Shown in pieces: positions 11,008-23,639 of a DNA stretch of 64,000 nt; positions within the stretch are counted from its first letter, which is position 1; each line of letters begins with the position of its first letter. The DNA is from Eledone cirrhosa. Lineage: Eukaryota. The notes beneath the pieces were generated by a model. That model saw only the letters and a list, made by a program, of their open reading frames with translations. It was not told where the DNA came from and made no database searches. The stretch is from contig OZ024756.1 in the NCBI GenBank assembly GCA_964016885.1, positions 10,726,001 through 10,790,000 on the forward strand, given 5' to 3'. The position numbers and the translations under genes were made by a program.

Positions 11008-11790
11008 AACTGGAACAGCTAGTTGTTGGGGTGCCACTGGAACAGCTAGTTGTTGGGGTGTCACAGGAGCAGCTAGTTATTGGGGTGCCACTGGAACAGC
11101 TAGTTGTTGGGGTGCCACTGGAACAGCTAGTTGTTGGGGTGTCACAGGAGCAGCTAGTTATTGGGGTGCCACTGGAACAGCTAGTTGTTGGGGTGCCACT
11201 GGAGCAGCCAGTTGTTGGGGTGCCACTGGAGCAGCTAGTTGTTGGGGTGCCACAGGAACAGCCAGTTGTTGGGGTGCCACTAGAGCAGCTAGTTGTTGGG
11301 GTGCCACTGGAGCAGCTAGTTGTTGGGGTGCCACTGGAGCAGCCAGTCGTTGGGGTGCCACAGGAGCAGTCAGTTGTTGGGGTACCACTGGTACAACCAG
11401 TTGTTGGGGTGCCATTGGTATAGCTAATTGTTGGGGTGTCACTGGAACAGCTAGTTGTTGGGGTGCCACTGGAACAGCTAGTTGTTGGGGTGCCACTGGA
11501 GCAGCTAGTTATTGGGGTACCACTGGTACAACCAGTTGTTGGGGTACCACTGGTACAGCTAGTTGTTGGGGTGCCACTGGAACAGCTAGTTGTTGGGGTG
11601 CCACTGGAACAGCTAGTTGTTGGGGTACCACTGGAACAGATAGTTGTTGGGGTGCCACTGGAGCAGCCAGTTGTTGGGGTGCCACTGGAACAGCTAGTTG
11701 TTGGGGTACCACTGGTACAACCAGTTGTTGGGGTGCCACTGGAGCAGCCAGTTGTTGGGGTGCCACTGGAGCAGCCAGTTGTTGGGGTGC
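11008..11790. repeat. 27-bp minisatellite (ggtgccactggaacagctagttgttgg), about 29 copies
   Basis: Directly visible; 9-aa period in the ORF track. Confidence 0.95.
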
Positions 11791-13050
11791 CACTCTTGGT
11801 GTGCCCCTCTTGGTGTGCCACTGGAGCAGCCAGACGTTGGGGTTCCACTCTTGGTGTGCCACTGGAGCAGCCAGTCGTTGGGGTTCCACTCTTGGTGTTC
11901 CACAGGAGCAGCCAGTCGTTAGGGTGCCACTCTTGGTGTGTCACTGATGCAGCCAGTCATTGAGGTGTCACTTTTGGTGTGCCACTGATGCAGCCAGTCA
12001 TTGGGGTGTCACTTTTGGTGTGCCACTGATGCAGCCAGTCATTGGGGTGTCACTTTTGGTGTGCCACTGATGCAGCCAGTCATTGGGGTGCCACTCTTGG
12101 TGTGCCACTGATGCAACCAGTCATTGGGGTGCCACTCTTGGTGTGCCACTGATGCAGCCAGTCATTGGGGTTCCACTCTTGGTGTGCCACTGGAGCAGCC
12201 AGTCGTTGGGGTTCCACTCTTGGTGTTCCACAGGAGCAGCCAGTCGTTAGGGTGCCACTCTTGGTGTGTCACTGATGCAGCCAGTCATTGAGGTGTCACT
12301 TTTGGTGTGCCACTGATGCAGCCAGTCATTGGGGTGTCACTTTTGGTGTGCCACTGATGCAGCCAGTCATTGGGGTGTCACTTTTGGTGTGCCACTGATG
12401 CAGCCAGTCATTGGGGTGCCACTCTTGGTGTGCCACTGATGCAGCCAGTCATTGGGGTGTCACTTTTGGTGTGCCACTGATGCAGCCAGTCATTGGGGTT
12501 CCACTCTTGGTGTGCCACTGATGCAACCAGTCATTGGGGTGCCACTCTTGGTGTGCCACTGATGCAGCCAGTCGTTGGGGTGCCACTCTTGGTGTGCCAC
12601 TGATGCAGCCAGTCGTTGGGGTGCCACTCTTGGTGTGCCACTGATGCAGCCAGTCATTGGGGTGCCACTCTTGGTGTGCCACTGATGCAACCAGTCGTTG
12701 GGGTGCCACTCTTGGTGTGCCACTGATGCAGCCAGTCGTTGGGGTGCCACTCTTGGTGTGCCACTGATGCAGCCAGTCGTTGGGGTGCCACTCTTGGTGT
12801 GCCACTGATGCAGCCAGTCATTGGGGTGCCACTCTTGGTGTGACACTGATGCAGCCAGTCGTTGGGGTGCCACTCTTGGTGTGCCACTGATGCAGCCAGT
12901 CGTTGGGGTGCCACTCTTGGTGTCCCACTGATGCAGCCAGTCGTTGGGGTGCCACTCTTGGTGTCCCACTGATGCAGCCAGTCGTTGGGGTTCCACTCTT
13001 GGTGTGCCACTGATGCAGCCAGTCATTGGGGTGCCACTTTTGGTGTGACT
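11790..13050. repeat. 41-bp minisatellite (27-mer plus 14-bp insert), about 30 copies
   Basis: Unit gccactgatgcagccagtcattggggtgccactcttggtgt. A variant block is duplicated at 328 bp = 8 units (11898 and 12226). Confidence 0.95.
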
Positions 13051-13760
13051 TCTCCAGTCCTTGATGTAACCTCTCTAGTCCTTGATATTGTCTGACCATG
13101 ATTTTCTTTGGTTGCTTTTTCTTCACTCTCTCTCCTCCTCAACTGTACTCAGAAGTGAGGTTTTAGACAGGTTACCATGGTGGGATACATGACTTTACCA
13201 GGTGAACTTCCATCTTTTTGCTGTCACATATTTGTTGACTTGCTGCCCAACAAATTTGTTTGTCTTGTGCTCTGTATATTGTATAACAACCTTTTAAGGC
13301 ACTTTTCATTCTTTCATCATTTTACGTCCGCTTTTCCCTGCTTGCAAGGGTGGGACGGGAACTGATTCTGGCTTGATTTCTACAGCTGGATGCCCTTCCC
13401 AACGCCAACCTCATTTACAGTGAGTGCTGGGTGCCTTTTTGCCATGGCACCTCCACAACCACTTTGCAGTGGAATGATAGGGACCCCAGACCCTATCATC
13501 TCATTTCTATAGCTGAGTAAACTGGAGCAATGTGAAATAAAGTGTCTTTCTCAAGGAAACAACACATCACCCGGTCTGAGAATTGAACTCACAACCTTTC
13601 GATTGCAAGGCTAATGCTCTAACCACTAAGCCATGTGTCTCCACTTGTGTGTTCAAATACCTGGATTGCCAGATTCTTTGTTCCATATCAGTTGTAAGAG
13701 TCCTGCTTTTACATCCATACAGAAGGAATTTGTACAATTGAGGAGTAGATGGAAAAGACA
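13050..13760 (-). pseudogene. Decayed RTE (BovB-like) LINE C-terminus, interrupted by SINE B
   Basis: 'LYKFLLYGCKSRTLTTDMEQRIWQ' (13660-13740) and 'NLSKTSLLSTVEEERE*RKSNQRKSWSDNIKD*' (13075-13175). Confidence 0.75.
13313..13643 (-). mobile_element. SINE family B, full length
   Basis: Same structure as 919-1257. Confidence 0.9.
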
Positions 13761-13968
13761 GAAACTTGCGACAGGGTGAGCGGAGAGCGGGAGGATCTTC
13801 CGAGGAAGAACTCCCATCAATCAACTGTTTTAGCCCTTGATTCCCCCTAACAATCTACAGGACCCAGGCCCCAAGTAGGTCATGAACTCTAGGTGTCCTC
13901 CAATGAGGGATCTTGTTTCTCCATTCCTGTGGTCTACATCATGCAACCACAGACCATCAGTTGAAACG

Positions 13969-16900
13969 ACACTACATTATCTACTCCTCACTAAACACTA
14001 CATTATCTACTCCTCTCTACACTAAACACTACATTATCTACTCCTCTCTACACTAAACACTACATTATCTGCTACTCTCTACTCTAAACACTACATTATC
14101 TACTCCTCACTAAACACTACATTATTTGCTACTCTCTACTCTAAACACTACATTATCTACTCCTCACTAAACACTACATTATCTACTCCTCTCTACTCTA
14201 AACACTACATTATCTGCTACTCTCTACTCTAAACACTACATTATCTACTCCTCACTAAACACTACATTATCTGCTACTCTCTACTCTAAACACTACATTA
14301 TCTACTCCTCACTAAACACTACATTATCTGCTACTCTCTACTCTAAACACTACATTATCTACTACTCTCTACTCTAAACACTACATTATCTACTCCTCAC
14401 TAAACACTACATTATCTGCTACTCTCTACTCTAAACACTACATTATCTACTCCTCACTAAACACTACATTATCTGCTACTCTCTACTCTTAACACTACAT
14501 TATCTACTCCTCTCCAAACACTACATTATCTACTGTTCTCTACACTAAACACTACATTATCTACTCCTCACTAAACACTACATTATCTACTCCTCACTAA
14601 ACACTACATTATCTACTCCTCTCTAAACACTACATTATCTACTCCTCTCTAAACACTACATTATCTGCTACTCTCTACTCTAAACACTACATTATCTGCT
14701 ACTCTCTACTCTAAACACTACATTATCTACTCCTCACTAAACACTACATTATCTGCTACTCTCTACTCTTAACACTACATTATCTACTCCTCTCCAAACA
14801 CTACATTATCTACTGTTCTCTACACTAAACACTACATTATCTACTCCTCACTAAACGCTACATTATCTACTCCTCACTAAACACTACATTATCTACTCCT
14901 CTCTAAACACTACATTATCTACTCCTCTCTAAACACTACATTATCTGCTACTCTCTACTCTAAACACTACATTATCTGCTACTCTCTACTCTAAACACTA
15001 CATTATCTACTCCTCACTAAACACTACATTATCTGCTACTCTCTACTCTAAACACTACATTATCTACTACTCTCTACTCTAAACACTACATTATCTACTC
15101 CTCACTAAACACTACATTATCTACTACTCTCTACTCTAAACACTACATTATCTACTCCTCACTAAACACTACATTATCTGCTACTCTCTACTCTAAACAC
15201 TACATTATCTACTACTCTCTACTCTAAACACTACATTATCTACTCCTCACTAAACACTACATTATCTGCTACTCTCTACTCTAAACACTACCTTATCTAC
15301 TACTCTCTACTCTAAACACTACATTATCTACTCCTCACTAAACACTACATTATCTACTACTCTCTACTCTAAACACTACATTATCTACTCCTCTGCAAAC
15401 ACTACATTATCTACTACTCTCTACTCTAAACACTACATTATCTACTCCTCACTAAACACTACATTATCTGCTAGTCTCTACTCTAAACACTACATTATCT
15501 ACTCCTCACTAAACACTACATTATCTACTACTCTCTACTCTAAACACTACATTATCTACTCCTCACTAAACACTACATTATCTGCTACTCTCTACTCTAA
15601 ACACTACATTATCTACTCCTCACTAAACACTACATTATCTGCTACTCTCTACTCTAAACACTACATTATCTACTCCTCACTAAACACTACATTATTTGCT
15701 ACTCTCTACTCTAAACACTACATTATCTACTCCTCACTAAACACTACATTATCTATTCCTCTCTACTCTAAACACTACATTATCTGCTACTCTCTACTCT
15801 AAACACTACATTATCTACTCCTCACTAAACACTACAGTATCTGCTACTCTCTACTCTAAACACTACATTATCTACTACTCTCTACTCTAAACACTACATT
15901 ATCTACTCCTCACTAAACACTACATTATCTGCTACTCTCTACTCTAAACACTACATTATCTACTCCTCACTAAACACTACATTATCTGCTACTCTCTACT
16001 CTAAACACTACATTATCTACTCCTCACTAAACACTACATTATCTGCTACTCTCTACTCTTAACACTACATTATCTACTCCTCGCCAAACACTACATTATC
16101 TACTGTTCTCTACACTAAACACTACATTATCTACTCCTCACTAAACACTACATTATCTACTCCTCACTAAACACTACATTATCTACTCCTCTCTAAACAC
16201 TACATTATCTACTCCTCTCTAAACACTACATTATCTGCTACTCTCTACTCTAAACACTACATTATCTGCTACTCTCTACTCTAAACACTACATTATCTAC
16301 TCCTCACTAAACACTACATTATCTGCTACTCTCTACTCTAAACACTACATTATCTACTACTCTCTACTCTAAACACTACATTATCTACTCCTCACTAAAC
16401 ACTACATTATCTACTACTCTCTACTCTAAACACTACATTATCTACTCCTGACTAAACACTACATTATCTGCTACTCTCTACTCTAAACACTACATTATCT
16501 ACTACTCTCTACTCTAAACACTACATTATCTACTCCTCACTAAACACTACATTATCTACTACTCTCTACTCTAAACACTACATTATCTACTCCTCACTAA
16601 ACACTACATTATCTACTACTCTCTACTCTAAACACTACATTATCTACTCCTCACTAAACACTACATTATCTGCTACTCTCTACTCTAAACACTACATTAT
16701 CTACTACTCTCTACTCTAAACACTACATTATCTACTCCTCACTAAACACTACATTATCTACTACTCTCTACTCTAAACACTACATTATCTACTTCTCTGC
16801 AAACACCACATTATCTACTACTCTCTACTCTAAACACTACATTATCTACTCCTCACTAAACACTACATTATCTGCTACTCTCTACTCTAAACACTACATT

Positions 16901-17025
16901 ATCTACTCCTCTCTAAACACTACATTATCTGCTACTCTCTACTCTAAACACTACATTATCTACTCCTCTCTAAACACTACATTATCTGCTACTCTCTACT
17001 CTAAACACTACATTATCTACTCTTC
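13969..17025. repeat. 26/31-bp mixed minisatellite (taaacactacattatctactcctcac / taaacactacattatctgctactctctactc)
   Basis: About 3 kb; the two monomer lengths mostly alternate. Confidence 0.95.
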
Positions 17026-17219
17026 TCAAATTAGACGCTCCATAGTTTGTAATTGCCCACATTGTCATGCAATATATAAATGTTTATAAACTGTTACAGG
17101 GAGTACACTAGGAGCTTCCATTATGGATTTATTTCTTATATATATATATATATATATATATATCATCATCATCATCATCATCGTTTAACGTCCATCTTCC
17201 ATGCTAGCATGGGTTAGAT

Positions 17220-17279
<60 letters not shown>

Positions 17280-17769
17280 TGAAAAGAAGAAGATATATAT
17301 ATAGAGAGAGAGAAAGAGCCATATATCCAGAGACTACTCAGTGTATTGTAATATTTACTAAATACATATTACAGAGAAGATGATGTACTCAAGATGGAAT
17401 CAAAAGAGACCCTTTAGTGATATTTCATTAACTGTAAACTGTGATTTAAAATAGATCTCTGTAAACGGTTATCAATCACAAACTATCGATTATAATTAAA
17501 CCACAGCAGACTCAGTAACTAACGAAGTTCGGCGGTATTAAGTCAACGAACTCCGGCCAACGTCTAGCTCACTCAATGAATCTGCCGAATTGCAGTAATG
17601 CAGCTGCAATCAGCGTTTAGAGTGCACACAGTTAGTAGCAGATATGGTGGCGGTGTTTTGGTAGAGAGGAAGGTAAAATCTTAACTCCTGGATGATATAT
17701 ATATGTGTCTGTGTGTGTGTGTGTTTATGAATATCTGTGTGTATTTATATGTGTATATATATGTATGTC

Positions 17770-18362
17770 AGGTCACCAGTTGGTGCTACTGGTAACATGT
17801 ATCCCAGTACAACCTGTCTCATGGTCGGGTCGTTGGCGACTAAACTGGCAACCCCACCAAGGTTTCTTGGTGAGGAGGGTGACTTGGACATCCTGCAGGA
17901 CTAAAAACAAAACCTGTCAAAGGGCAAAGGAGCTCTTAAGAGTCAATGGCCATCCCAAATCACCGGGAGAGATGACCCCTTAGCCTTTGTCAAGGCAGAA
18001 TTCTAGGAGAAGGGAAACTCTGATATAACACCGGCAACCCTGATGGTATCCAATGATGTTGACTTGTTCTTCTTTTTGGTAAATAGAGTGGGACTGGCTT
18101 TGTGCAGTGCCTTTGCTCACTATAAAAGCTTCATGGCACAGGCATTGCTTTATATCTGGAGATCTCTCTGCACTTGTCGTCACATGGTACCATGGGCCCA
18201 GCACTATGTGTCAATAATAGTCACAAGTGTAGTGATTGTACCAGAGTTTCCAAGTCGCTGGCTGGACTAAAAAGTCACATTCGTTTAGCGCATCGGTAGG
18301 GGTTCTCCTACATGGATATAAAGTAGTGGCCGTACTCGAAAACGTGTTGGCAGCCACCATAT
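17770..18362 (+). mobile_element. Internally deleted (bipartite) RTE-like non-autonomous element
   Basis: Structured leader with the RTE 5' motif 'ggagaagggaaactctga'; C-terminal C2H2 'CSDCTRVSKSLAGLKSHIRLAH' ending at stop 18297-18299; (TATG)n tail. Confidence 0.6.
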
Positions 18363-18456
18363 ATGTATGTATGTGTATATATGTATATATGAGTGTATAT
18401 ATGTGTGTATTTATTTATGTATGCATGCATGTATGTATGAGTGCATGTATTTATGT

Positions 18457-18506
<50 letters not shown>

Positions 18507-18859
18507 GTGTGTGTATGTATATGTATATTTGTACATATGTATTTATATATGTGTATGTATAAGTGTGTGTATTTATGCATAAATATATTTGTGTGTGCAT
18601 GTGTATATATGTATGTATGTGTGTATATATGTATGTATGCACATCTATATATTTTTGAAGAATTTGCCAATCCCAAGTCTACTGGAAACTCTCATTTTAT
18701 TCAAGTTGCCAGAAGTTAAATTTGAAGATATTTGTTGTGAGAAAACCTGAGGCAAAATAATTCAGAAATTATGAATTTCTATTCCTACCCTGAAACAAAA
18801 TATTCTCTAGCCACTTTTTTCCATCTCTGCGACTTCTTTACCTGATTTTCTCAACTATT

Positions 18860-18932
18860 AAACTAGTAAGGGCGGTGCCGTAGCATGGCCTCAGCTGGAT
18901 GGCTGGAACAGGTAAAAGAGTAAAAGAGTAAT
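18860..18932 (+). mobile_element. SINE 3' fragment with (TAAAAGAG)n tail
   Basis: 'ggcggtgccgtagcatggcc'; flanked by a tcaactatt direct repeat; related relic at 22455-22575. Confidence 0.5.
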
Positions 18933-18989
18933 CAACTATTCTTTATAGTAATCAACTATTATTCTGGTCATTTGCATTGGGGCACACAC

Positions 18990-19049
<60 letters not shown>

Positions 19050-19054
<5 letters not shown>

Positions 19055-21080
19055 TCATCATCATCATCATCATCAACGTTTAACGTCCGTGTTCCACGCT
19101 TGCATGGGTTTGGACGGGGGTAGTCCCACTTGAGGCAAGAGTGATTGTCTTGCTCGCATAGGACTGTCTGGCAGGTTTTCTACAGTTGGATGCCCTTCCT
19201 AACACCAACCACATTTACAGTGTGGGTCTGGGAGGTTTTTACCGTGTTGCCTACACGGCCACATTACAGCGTGGACTGTGTGTTTTTTTGTCGTGACACC
19301 TACACGATCTCATTTGTTTCGGCCCGGATGGCGCGGCACCAACATAACTTTACATAGGACGGGGTGGTGTGGATGGGGTGGGGGTGGTGGCGGGACGGGG
19401 TGTATTTTGTTAGAGATGCCTACTGGCAAGGCGGGTCTTCTCTGTTACTGAGTACCGCCAAGGGTCTCGGTCCAGTGACATTGTCTTGGAGAGGTGTAAG
19501 TGTGTGAGGTCGGAGTTTATCAGCTCATCCCATGTTTTTCTAGGTCTGCCTATTCCGTGGCTACCGTCTATCTTTATTGCCCTGCACTTTGTAATACAGC
19601 TATCGACTTTCATGCGCATCACGTGTCCATACCAACGCAGCCTTCTCTCGAGTAAACAACATCTGATCCCTCTTATCTCTAATTTTTTCCTTAGTTCGTT
19701 TATGCTTTGCCGTTCACGTATATTACTGTTACACATCCAGCGGAGCATGCAAGCTTCGTTCCTCTCTAGTCTGCGTATATCCTCTGCACACAATGCCCAG
19801 GTCTCACTACCATGCAACATTGCTGTTCGTATGCAGGCATCGTACAACCTGCCTTTCATTTTTAGGGAGAACCCTTTAGCAGCTAATAGTGGTATAAGCT
19901 CTCTGAACTTTTTCCAACCAGTTCTGACTCTAGCTACAGTACTTTCAGAGCACCCTCCCCCACTGCTGATTTTATCGCCCAGGTAACGGAAGCTGTCCAC
20001 TATTTCTATAGAACTCTCTGCGCAATTGAAAGAGCTAGTATTTTGTGGGCACTTGCTGCTACTTATTGCACCAGAACACCGGCCACATGTAAAGTCTATG
20101 TTCTTAGTTAGCTTACCTGTGATCCCACTACATCTTTTATGCACCCATACTTTGCATTTAGGACATAAGATGGAGTTTCTACCTACGCCTTTCCTACATA
20201 CCGAGCACGACCATTTTCCAGAAGGGACCGCCGCCTTGTTTTCTTTCCTACAAACTAGAACTTTGGTCTTAGCCAGGTTAATTTTAAGTCCTTTTGACTC
20301 TAGGCCGTGCTTCCATGTTTGGAATTTCTTCTCTAGCTCGGCCATTGATTCCGCTATGAGTGTCAAGTCGTCTGCGTATAGGAGTTCCCATGGGCAGCCT
20401 GTCTTGAACTCCTCTGTTATAGCCTGAAGGGCAATAATAAATAGTAGGGGGCTGAGAACAGAGCCCTGATGGACGCCAACTTTTACGCTAAACTCTTCAC
20501 TATATTCGTTGTTAATTCTAACCTTGCTGACTGTTTCTTTATACATGGCTTGTATAGCCCTCACAAGCCATTCGTCAACGCCTAGTTTTCTAAGAGCCCA
20601 CCAGATAATGGAGCGGGGGACTCTGTCGAAGGCTTTCTCCAGGTCGACAAAAGCTAAGTAGAGGGGTTTACCTTTAGCTAGGTACTTCTCCTGTAGTTGT
20701 CGTACTATGAAAAGAGCGTCTGTGGTGCTTTTGCCTGACACAAACCCGAACTGCATTTCATCTAGGTCAATTCTCTCTCTGATTAGTTGCGCTATTACTT
20801 TTTCCGTGACCTTCATGACCTGGTCGATTAATTTAATGCCTCTATAGTTACTCCTATCTAGGGCGTCTCCTTTACCCTTATAACAGTTAACGATGATGCT
20901 GCTATGCCAGTCCTTCGGAACAACCCCATTCTGTACGACTTGGTTAACTATGCGGGTGACCATGGTGTGTCCCACCGTGCCAGATGCCTTCAGCATCTCA
21001 GCAACTATTTCCGAAGGCCCAGCCGCCTTACCCGTCTTCATATCCTTGATTGCCTTACTTATTATACTCCCCTCGACTAA
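19050..21080 (-). mobile_element. 5'-truncated RTE-clade LINE inserted in (TA)n
   Basis: RT ORF, 3' UTR with the gaagggcatcc motif and (GAT)n tail; TA tracts on both sides. Confidence 0.95.
19410..21041 (-). CDS. RTE LINE reverse transcriptase (N-terminally truncated, frame intact) with PHD-like C4HC3 finger
   Basis: KAAGP, NYRGIKL, QFGF, AFVDLEKAFD, QGSVLSPLLF, YADD, FRYLG, LHGSETW, WYGHV, GRPRKTW; insert CSVC..CPKC..HKRC..CGRC. Confidence 0.92.
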   Translation of the reverse strand: MKTGKAAGPSEIVAEMLKASGTVGHTMVTRIVNQVVQNGVVPKDWHSSIIVNCYKGKGDALDRSNYRGIKLIDQVMKVTEKVIAQLIRERIDLDEMQFGFVSGKSTTDALFIVRQLQEKYLAKGKPLYLAFVDLEKAFDRVPRSIIWWALRKLGVDEWLVRAIQAMYKETVSKVRINNEYSEEFSVKVGVHQGSVLSPLLFIIALQAITEEFKTGCPWELLYADDLTLIAESMAELEKKFQTWKHGLESKGLKINLAKTKVLVCRKENKAAVPSGKWSCSVCRKGVGRNSILCPKCKVWVHKRCSGITGKLTKNIDFTCGRCSGAISSSKCPQNTSSFNCAESSIEIVDSFRYLGDKISSGGGCSESTVARVRTGWKKFRELIPLLAAKGFSLKMKGRLYDACIRTAMLHGSETWALCAEDIRRLERNEACMLRWMCNSNIRERQSINELRKKLEIRGIRCCLLERRLRWYGHVMRMKVDSCITKCRAIKIDGSHGIGRPRKTWDELINSDLTHLHLSKTMSLDRDPWRYSVTEKTRLASRHL

Positions 21081-21137
21081 TATATATATATATTAATTCA
21101 AAATATTAACCAAAATAGACATTCGTGTGATCAAGTA

Positions 21138-21204
21138 TATTTTATTATACATATTTCAGAGGTACTGAGCTATCTTCAACAGTACGTCCTCATCAGATAA
21201 AATA
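21138..21204 (-). ncRNA. Type I hammerhead ribozyme motif
   Basis: TATTTTAT-CTGATGA-GGAcGTACTG..CAGTACcTCT-GAAA-TATGTA-TA-ATAAAATA: perfect 8-bp stem I. Confidence 0.8.
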
Positions 21205-23639
21205 AGATGATGCATGACATACCCTGACTTAGTAGATGGTTAAGATTCAGTCATGGTAGTGAATAAGATATGACAAAACTCAATATACCTTAAGATTGAG
21301 ACATGAAAAATTTACATATAATACAGGGGGTGCATGTGAGAAAGCTTAAAAATACATAATAGCAATTTACATAACTGTTAGAGATTCAAATAATTTAAAT
21401 TATTGAAGAAAGAAGAAAGAAAGAAGAAAGACATAGAGAAATAGATGAGGAAAAATATAGTTAGTAGAAGTATAGAAAGCAAAAGAGAATTGATCAATGA
21501 TAGAGAGACAATGAGGAATAATTTTTATAGTATAAAGCATAGGGAGGGAGATTTGTATTGTCGTGGATGAATAGGGTGTGATTAGATGATGCAAAAATAT
21601 ATATATATATATAAATACATAAATATACATTTCGGCATAGCTTTGTGAAAGAGTAAACTCGAATCTTTGAATTATCTAGAAATAATCAATCAATCTAAAT
21701 ATTAAATATATCTGGGTGTAATTATAAGGGTTTAATTTCGAGTCCTTAGTTAATTAGAAATATACTAACAATTAATTATATACATTATATATATCCAAAT
21801 GTATCCGGCTGACCGTTAAATTTCGAATCATTTATATTAGTTCAGAATAATGAATTAATCTAAAGGTATAATATTTCAGGTTATAAAAGTTTATAAATAT
21901 CTATATTAAAGTATACTATCATATTTATAAAATCATATTTAAAGTATTTGCAAACATGAGAAAGAAGAGACTTAATATTTTGGTACTTTATTTTGTGGAT
22001 GATATCAACGCTTGGCTAAGTTTGACTCAAGGTGTTTCCATAGTGATGCTGCGAGTATGCGGTGATTTCTATGTTGTTAACACTTGGAGTAATGATAAAT
22101 CAAGAAAGAAGGGTGACATGGTTTGCTATACAAAAAAACGTTTTTAATCTCATTGCTGAGAATTGTTTCTCTGAACTGGTAGGTCTAGAGATCACTACCC
22201 GCTTGTTTTCGCGTCATTCGATCACCAATACATCCTTTCATTCTCACAAGCTCTGATGAATTGACTGGTTACAACTATGTATTGGTGATCGAATGACGCG
22301 AAATCTCTCTGATATGATCTTAAAACAATGAACTAATTAACAAGTTATCTTCAACTTTTGTTTCAGTTTCATTTTTGAATACACACATGTACATATATAT
22401 GTGTATGTGTGTATGAGTGCATGCATGCATGTGTGTATGTGTCTATGTTTGTTGCATAACTTAGCAGTTTGGCAAAAAGATTTGATAAAATATGTACCAG
22501 ACTTTGATAATATATGGTTTGATATGATTAACTAAATCTCTTCAGCGTGGTACTCCAGCATGACCACAGTCTTTAAAAGAATCTCTTAAATAAATAAATA
22601 ATAAAGTTTTACTAAATCAACTACAATGAGGTTTCCATCCAATCAGAGTACTCTTGTCTGGTTTTGTATTATTGGGGTGTTTGCAACCAGTAGATTAGTA
22701 TCAGCAATTTGAAAGACCAATAGAAACATTGTTTCCTTGGTCCAGTCTGACAAGTTTCACCCCACTCATTAAGTGATAGAGGTCTGGGATCTCGTTGATT
22801 CAGACTAAATAAAATAAAAAATACCTCTACTGTGTTTCGTTTGCATGTCACCCACTTTGTGGATTGTCTCTCTGTTGACCTCTGAGGCATTTTTGCTCAC
22901 CATTTGCTCACCATTGACTTTGACAGCATGTGGCTGTTCTAACGATGAGTTTTCTCATTTTTATATGCATTAATTTAATGTTGATTTTATATCTAAAGAC
23001 AAAATGAAGCATTTTCTCCAAGTCCAGCACATTAGATGTTACCACCATTTTATTGCCTGTATCTTTGAGTAAGAGGAAGAAAAAAGTTGTTTGGTTCTGT
23101 AAGACTATCAGACATACATAAAAACTGCTTGGGAAATATAACTTCTGGGAAATATAACAGAATATTAAGATTAAATCAGTCAATAAAATATATATAAAAC
23201 TAAGAATCAGGCAATAGAATCTTTTGAAAATTGTTCATTTTTATATCTTATTTGTTGAATCAACAAAGACAATTTAATAAGAGGAATGCATGGCAATATT
23301 TATATTTATATGTAATTTTCAACAACTAAATAGATAAACCAACAAACTATGAGGTCATATTTTATGCCACACATAAATATTGGTCTCAAACTATGCTTAC
23401 CTCTCAAAGTAATTTTACTCTTTTTTAATACCAAACCACCCAAAATGATCCCTACTTCTACAATATAAGACAGTTTATGAAGTTAATCTCTCAGACTTTT
23501 TCAAAGAGCTGCAGAAATAAAGTTAATATAAAGAATGTAGGACTCAAGTGCAGAGATGCTTTAAAATAGGATGAAGACCCTTAAAGATGGAAAAAAAGTG
23601 TTTATATTTTTCTAAAATGCTTATTAGAAATTATAATTA

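Noticed and set aside
10880-11963. Mucin-like (CSSGTPTTS)n and (GATGTASCW)n ORFs
   Set aside because: The 27-bp unit is open in several frames on both strands, becomes a frame-breaking 41-mer and derives from a LINE end.
18222-18299. Host C2H2 zinc-finger gene exon
   Set aside because: A single finger followed by a stop and simple-repeat tail, typical of an RTE ORF terminus.
19486-20427. Antisense ORFs over RT (also 41914-42678)
   Set aside because: Shadow frames of the LINE RT coding strand.
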